From Podarcis filfolensis (Eukaryota): 64,000 nt of DNA. Below the pieces are notes generated by a model that was not told the origin of the DNA, ran no database searches, and worked only from the letters and a program-made list of their open reading frames with translations. This document shows, one piece after another, positions 62,149 to 64,000 of this stretch. The DNA lies in the NCBI GenBank assembly GCA_964270895.1, contig OZ185436.1. One strand, 5' to 3'. How positions within the stretch are numbered: position 1 is the stretch's first letter; each line of letters opens with the position of its first letter. A program made the translations under genes and the position numbers.

Positions 62149-62540
62149 TATTAGTGAGATGGCTTAATAATAATTATGTGGGACATACCAGGAGAGGCAG
62201 TCCTGTAAGTACGAGGGTCCTAGGCTTTAAAGGTTAAAACCAGCACCTGTGAACCAATTCTAGTTTTTGTCTACATTTAGTTGCATTAATATGTAATGAA
62301 TTAGATTATTAGATGTAAATGAATTAAAATGAATAATGCCCTCTTACCCGAGAAAGAAAACAAGCGACTATCTACAGTACGAGCTATAGACTGCAATTTA
62401 ACCACATCCATAGATTGTCCAATATGCACTGTACTGGGCATACTCCCAAGAGTTCCTCGCACAAACTCTGCTACTTCCTGTACTGTGAACATCTGCAAAA
62501 GCTCGTCGAATATTGCCGGGAAGGAATTTAACAGAGCGGC
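14099..62540 (-). CDS. DOCK3: Dedicator of cytokinesis 3 (Rac GEF, DOCK-B family), 3' portion; 31 coding exons in window, 5' exons lie beyond position 64000
   Basis: Exons with AG/GT boundaries splice in one continuous frame and translate to peptides recognisable as DOCK3 ([70 protein letters not shown], terminal [15 protein letters not shown]). Confidence 0.97.
16481..16563 (-). CDS. DOCK3: DOCK3 exon 30/31, 83 nt, [28 protein letters not shown]
   Basis: taag acceptor, gtaaaa donor. Confidence 0.94.
17235..17357 (-). CDS. DOCK3: DOCK3 exon 29/31 (probably alternative), 123 nt, [41 protein letters not shown]
   Basis: Polypyrimidine tract + cag, G|gtaagg donor, phase 1-1 symmetric; resembles the recalled DOCK4 segment PSSWSLDSG...PPVPPR. 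Confidence 0.85.
17919..18912 (-). pseudogene. DIRS tyrosine recombinase ORF remnant (frameshifted, with stops)
   Basis: Fragments [28 protein letters not shown] (SAM-like N-terminus), [18 protein letters not shown] (catalytic Arg region), AHSTKATAA...[17 protein letters not shown] (HSTR/Tyr region). Confidence 0.85.
18916..19338 (-). pseudogene. DIRS DNA N6-adenine methyltransferase-like domain remnant
   Basis: 140 open codons with [43 protein letters not shown] and [13 protein letters not shown], typical of the DIRS1 pol C-terminus. Confidence 0.8.
19340..19680 (-). pseudogene. DIRS RNase H remnant
   Basis: The minus strand reads [10 protein letters not shown]...[19 protein letters not shown], matching the DIRS motif DAS..GWGAH...WS..E...INWLEL. 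Confidence 0.8.
19940..20189 (-). mobile_element. tRNA-head squamate SINE (Squam3-like) nested in the DIRS element
   Basis: Head agccagtgtggtgtagtggttaagagcggtag...gggttcg with A/B-box-like motifs; (CTT)n tail; CpGs retained. Confidence 0.85.
22533..22939. mobile_element. Non-autonomous hAT element, 407 bp
   Basis: CAGGG...CCCTG termini with imperfect TIR; perfect 8-bp TSD gcctatgg. Confidence 0.88.
23586..23673 (-). CDS. DOCK3: DOCK3 exon 28/31, 88 nt, [29 protein letters not shown]
   Basis: ttag acceptor, gtattc donor. Confidence 0.94.
24662..24780 (-). CDS. DOCK3: DOCK3 exon 27/31, 119 nt, [11 protein letters not shown]...AAIMENGQ
   Basis: acag acceptor, gtaaca donor. Confidence 0.94.
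28371..28570. other. Assembly gap (200 N) inside a DOCK3 intron
   Basis: Run of exactly 200 N. Confidence 1.
30680..30790 (-). mobile_element. L2 3' end + (AAT)n microsatellite tail
   Basis: Reverse complement of the ggaagccgcccagagtggctgggg...gggcggggtataaataataa terminus seen in the other L2 copies. Confidence 0.85.
31619..31700 (-). CDS. DOCK3: DOCK3 exon 26/31, 82 nt, [27 protein letters not shown]
   Basis: ctag acceptor, gtaaga donor. Confidence 0.93.
32142..32446. mobile_element. Non-autonomous hAT element, GC-rich, 305 bp
   Basis: TIR cagggctgtctt / aagacagccctg; perfect 8-bp TSD cttaaatg. Confidence 0.88.
32508..32643 (-). CDS. DOCK3: DOCK3 exon 25/31, 136 nt, [18 protein letters not shown]...DMYHMQ
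   Basis: gtag acceptor, gtacga donor. Confidence 0.92.
34067..34190. mobile_element. hAT MITE (TAAGGTTACCAG-type TIR)
   Basis: TIR taaggtta / taacctta; TSD gtatagaa / atatagaa (7 of 8). Confidence 0.75.
34224..34345 (-). CDS. DOCK3: DOCK3 exon 24/31, 122 nt, [19 protein letters not shown]...KMVHRH
   Basis: acag acceptor, gtattt donor. Confidence 0.93.
34550..34873. mobile_element. Tc1/mariner (Tc2-like) MITE
   Basis: TIR ccgtattttcccgtgtattagacg / cgtcttatagacggaaaaatacgg flanked by TA. Confidence 0.85.
36072..36188 (-). CDS. DOCK3: DOCK3 exon 23/31, 117 nt, [26 protein letters not shown]...SLYH
   Basis: atag acceptor, gtaagt donor. Confidence 0.95.
36475..36667. mobile_element. hAT MITE (TAGGGTTGCCATA-type TIR)
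   Basis: TIR tagagttgccata / tatggcaacccta; TSD ggctagac / agctagac. Confidence 0.8.
36743..36794. repeat. (AAAG)n microsatellite
   Basis: Direct reading, ~13 units. Confidence 0.95.
37880..37963 (-). CDS. DOCK3: DOCK3 exon 22/31, 84 nt, [28 protein letters not shown]
   Basis: ccag acceptor, gtatcc donor. Confidence 0.95.
39153..39332 (-). CDS. DOCK3: DOCK3 exon 21/31, 180 nt, [11 protein letters not shown]...[10 protein letters not shown] (DHR-2 catalytic lobe, VNGG motif)
   Basis: gcag acceptor, gtaaat donor; conserved DHR-2 nucleotide-sensor AAVNGG. Confidence 0.96.
39900..39986 (-). CDS. DOCK3: DOCK3 exon 20/31, 87 nt, [29 protein letters not shown]
   Basis: gcag acceptor, gtaaca donor. 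Confidence 0.95.
40920..41086 (-). CDS. DOCK3: DOCK3 exon 19/31, 167 nt, [11 protein letters not shown]...KDKENEFK
   Basis: gcag acceptor, gttgaa donor. Confidence 0.94.
41087..42168 (-). other. DOCK3: U12-type (minor spliceosome) GT-AG intron of DOCK3
   Basis: 5'ss T|GTATCCTTTA; branch-like TTCTTTGAC with the A about 16 nt before the 3' AG; no strong polypyrimidine tract between them. Confidence 0.88.
42169..42310 (-). CDS. DOCK3: DOCK3 exon 18/31, 142 nt, [17 protein letters not shown]...QCDAQ
   Basis: gtag acceptor; donor is U12-type T|GTATCCTTT. Confidence 0.95.
42671..42750 (-). repeat. (AAT)n microsatellite plus short LINE-type tail
   Basis: Direct reading; the adjacent atactgccctatacccgtaggtctcagggcagttc resembles a retroposon 3' end. 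Confidence 0.75.
42985..43089 (-). CDS. DOCK3: DOCK3 exon 17/31, 105 nt, [35 protein letters not shown]
   Basis: acag acceptor, gtaagc donor. Confidence 0.95.
43407..43493 (-). CDS. DOCK3: DOCK3 exon 16/31, 87 nt, [29 protein letters not shown]
   Basis: tcag acceptor, gtaggt donor. Confidence 0.95.
43698..44605 (+). mobile_element. 5'-truncated L2-type LINE (RT C-terminus + 3' UTR + (TTA)n tail)
   Basis: [24 protein letters not shown]...[17 protein letters not shown]...[13 protein letters not shown]; ~210 open codons, then a 1-nt frameshift near 44280. Confidence 0.93.
44635..44783 (-). CDS. DOCK3: DOCK3 exon 15/31, 149 nt, [15 protein letters not shown]...YFNKGK
   Basis: acag acceptor, gtatgc donor. 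Confidence 0.95.
45580..45673 (-). CDS. DOCK3: DOCK3 exon 14/31, 94 nt, [31 protein letters not shown]
   Basis: ttag acceptor, gtaagt donor. Confidence 0.95.
47704..47764 (-). CDS. DOCK3: DOCK3 exon 13/31, 61 nt, [20 protein letters not shown]
   Basis: ttag acceptor, gtgagt donor. Confidence 0.95.
48745..48880. mobile_element. hAT-type MITE, 136 bp
   Basis: Near-perfect ~30-bp TIR caggcatggccaaacttggccctcca...; perfect 8-bp TSD ctctagat. Confidence 0.92.
49440..49535 (-). CDS. DOCK3: DOCK3 exon 12/31, 96 nt, [14 protein letters not shown]...LLDYR (around the start of DHR-2)
   Basis: gcag acceptor, gtaatg donor. Confidence 0.95.
49652..49678 (-). CDS. DOCK3: DOCK3 27-nt microexon 11/31, (L)TQLFGPYP(S)
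   Basis: tcag acceptor, gtaaga donor, frame-preserving; peptide matches the recalled DOCK3/4 [14 protein letters not shown] segment. Confidence 0.92.
50300..50838 (+). mobile_element. L2 LINE 3' fragment (same family, more decayed)
   Basis: [32 protein letters not shown]... alignable to the 43698 copy. Confidence 0.9.
51226..51311 (-). CDS. DOCK3: DOCK3 exon 10/31, 86 nt, [28 protein letters not shown]
   Basis: acag acceptor, gtaagc donor. Confidence 0.95.
51887..52022. mobile_element. hAT-type MITE, 136 bp, related to the 48745 copy and in opposite orientation
   Basis: TIR caggcttcctcaacctcggccctccagatgtttt; TSD ctctagac / near-match cctagac. Confidence 0.9.
53977..54125 (-). CDS. DOCK3: DOCK3 exon 9/31, 149 nt, [14 protein letters not shown]...NGNFKQ
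   Basis: ccag acceptor, gtaata donor. Confidence 0.96.
55027..55085 (-). CDS. DOCK3: DOCK3 exon 8/31, 59 nt, [19 protein letters not shown]
   Basis: ccag acceptor, gtaaag donor. Confidence 0.95.
55494..55594 (-). CDS. DOCK3: DOCK3 exon 7/31, 101 nt, [21 protein letters not shown]...
   Basis: ctag acceptor, gtaagg donor. Confidence 0.95.
55978..56053 (-). CDS. DOCK3: DOCK3 exon 6/31, 76 nt, [25 protein letters not shown]
   Basis: acag acceptor, gtaagg donor. Confidence 0.95.
56766..56860 (-). CDS. DOCK3: DOCK3 exon 5/31, 95 nt, [23 protein letters not shown]...
   Basis: ctag acceptor, gtgagt donor. Confidence 0.95.
56882..57176. mobile_element. Tc1/mariner (Tc2-like) MITE, same TIR family as 34550
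   Basis: ccgtatttttccgtgtataa ... ttatacatggaaaaatgtgg(ta). Confidence 0.8.
57256..57612 (+). mobile_element. Sauria SINE (Squam1), full length
   Basis: Head gggacgcagatggcgctg...ggttcgaatcccc, (accttt)n tail, TSD tactacaacact on both sides. Confidence 0.93.
58577..58948 (-). mobile_element. Sauria SINE, more diverged copy
   Basis: (aaaggt)n tail at left, ggttcgaac B-box-like motif near the right end, shared central core. Confidence 0.88.
59070..59168 (-). CDS. DOCK3: DOCK3 exon 4/31, 99 nt, [14 protein letters not shown]...DELK
   Basis: gcag acceptor, gtaagc donor. Confidence 0.95.
60024..60170 (-). CDS. DOCK3: DOCK3 exon 3/31, 147 nt, [14 protein letters not shown]...QCTAEIT (internal alternative donor after 60066)
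   Basis: gtag acceptor, gttagt donor, frame continuous. Confidence 0.92.
60923..61050 (-). CDS. DOCK3: DOCK3 exon 2/31, 128 nt, [18 protein letters not shown]...KTSSV
   Basis: ctag acceptor, gtaaat donor, frame continuous. Confidence 0.95.
61713..62148 (+). mobile_element. L2 LINE 3' fragment with (AAT)n tail
   Basis: [19 protein letters not shown]...[12 protein letters not shown]. Confidence 0.9.
62348..62540 (-). CDS. DOCK3: DOCK3 exon (window exon 1/31), 193 nt, [16 protein letters not shown]...RLFSFS
   Basis: ttag acceptor, G|gtaag donor, phase 0 to 1. Confidence 0.95.
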
Positions 62541-64000
62541 CTAAAAAGAAAATGAAGAAATATGAGACCTTTAATGCACAGATATAAAACATCATGGGTT
62601 TTAGGGAACACAAATGATGCTACGTATTTGAAGGTAAAGCATGAAATCCAGACTAAGGCTCCATCTCTTTATAGCCTTGTTGTTTCTAGGACATAAGTGT
62701 ATCTGGCACATTAAATCAAGTTATCTTCTGGAAGTCTGGATATAGTAATGCATGATCATACGGGAACAGCATCTCCAACTAAGGTAAGAGGAAGGAAATG
62801 AAAGACTGCCAGATTGCTCCACCTGTTTCTGGCTGTTTTCAGAATGCACATTAAGAAATCTATGTTTTTATGAATTTGCTAATTTCATCTTGGATTTATG
62901 CTTTGATAGAGACCACGGAGACACTTCAACTCCCCCCAAAAGTTTATTAAAATGTATACAACTGTAACTTAGCTGCAACACATTATTTCGCGGGGGGTTT
63001 TCTCTCTCTTTGGGTTCAAGAAGAGAGCATGTTTATGTGGAATATATGTCCAATCATGCAAATAACAGGCACTGAAAATACTTCTATGGCAATGCAGTAT
63101 TTTCAATTTGTACTCTTGTCTCTTAAATGGTTGCAAGATCTCCGAATAAGACAAAACAATCACATGGATATAGAATCCCCCTGAGTAGAATTCTGTTCAT
63201 GAAATACACCCACAGGAGTAATAAGATAGAATGGGCAATATCCAACTAACTTGTTCCATCAGGACAAGATTTTCCACTTGCAAAATGGAACTTCCCCCTC
63301 TTCTCCCCTTCCTGCATTCCCTCCTACCTCTTGGAGCAGATTTGAGGAGAATGTGGGATGCGCATGGGGAGAGAAGTTCCATTGTGCAACTGGAAATCTG
63401 CACCGACCTAAGTTAGTTGGATACTGTCCATTAACTAACTTTGTATTTTTTTCCAATGTCCCCAGCATACTTCCTCCCTTCTCCCACCAACCTCTGTCTC
63501 CCAGGCCACTTTTATTCTGTTCCACATTCTCTTCCTGCTTCCGCCAGCGCTGCCCAATGTCAGTTTGCTCTTCTGAGGCAGAACAGGCAACCAGCACTAC
63601 TGAATCTGTCAGAAGAGGCTTCATTGGCTTGGCAAGAGGCCAGAGAGGGAGGAAAAAGGACGGGGGGAGGGGAGGAGTCCAACCAAACAGCTACAGTACA
63701 GCCAGGAAGTGGGATGGATGAGTGAGGAATGGGCCGCAGGGCTGAGGCCCAAATGAAAATGTAATGAAGTCCAGTAGTGCCCCATGCTTTGAGAAACACT
63801 GATCCAGCCTTTGTCCTGAGAACTTTTCCACTTTCATTCACCAATGCAGGTAGTAAGTAAATCCAACACATTGCCCTTTAATTACCAAAATAATAATGTA
63901 AACCCACTTTCCAGTATTTTCCGCTTCTAAATGTCAGTTATACATTCTTTTACCCCAGTCTTTCTTTCATTTTCTGTGTGAACTTCAGTACCTTCCTTTC

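Noticed and set aside
63251-63871. Cluster of 94-156 aa ORFs near the right end
   Set aside because: No recognisable domain, not in frame with DOCK3 splicing; intronic purine/pyrimidine-biased sequence.
1-64000. CRISPR arrays, prokaryotic operons or defence systems
   Set aside because: The DNA is clearly vertebrate (spliced DOCK3/MANF, squamate SINEs and LINEs); no spacer-repeat arrays were seen, and the only methylase and recombinase signals belong to the DIRS element.

Overview
Vertebrate genomic DNA from a squamate reptile, most likely a lacertid lizard, judging by Sauria/Squam1-type SINEs and squamate L2 LINEs. Two protein-coding genes lie in tandem on the minus strand. The first is the 3' part of DOCK3: 31 coding exons that I could splice in frame from 62540 to the stop at 14099, including the DHR-2 GEF domain and the Pro/Ser-rich tail. 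The second is the 5' part of MANF: a CpG-island promoter with ERSE-like CCAAT elements and coding exons 1-2; the later exons lie left of the window. This order matches the DOCK3-MANF synteny I recall from human 3p21. The introns carry many transposons and a 200-N assembly gap. The most distinctive items are: (1) a decayed DIRS1-type tyrosine-recombinase retrotransposon (~17539-21290) whose inverted terminal repeats, internal complementary region and RNase H / DNA-adenine-methyltransferase / recombinase remnants can all be read directly; (2) a U12 minor-spliceosome intron in DOCK3; (3) several alternative-splicing signatures: a 27-nt microexon, a 123-nt PxxPxR exon, an internal donor, and a candidate frame-shifting exon that would open an alternative C-terminal frame. 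I found no convincing evidence of a wholly new biological system. Homology statements come from recalled protein and repeat families, not database searches.
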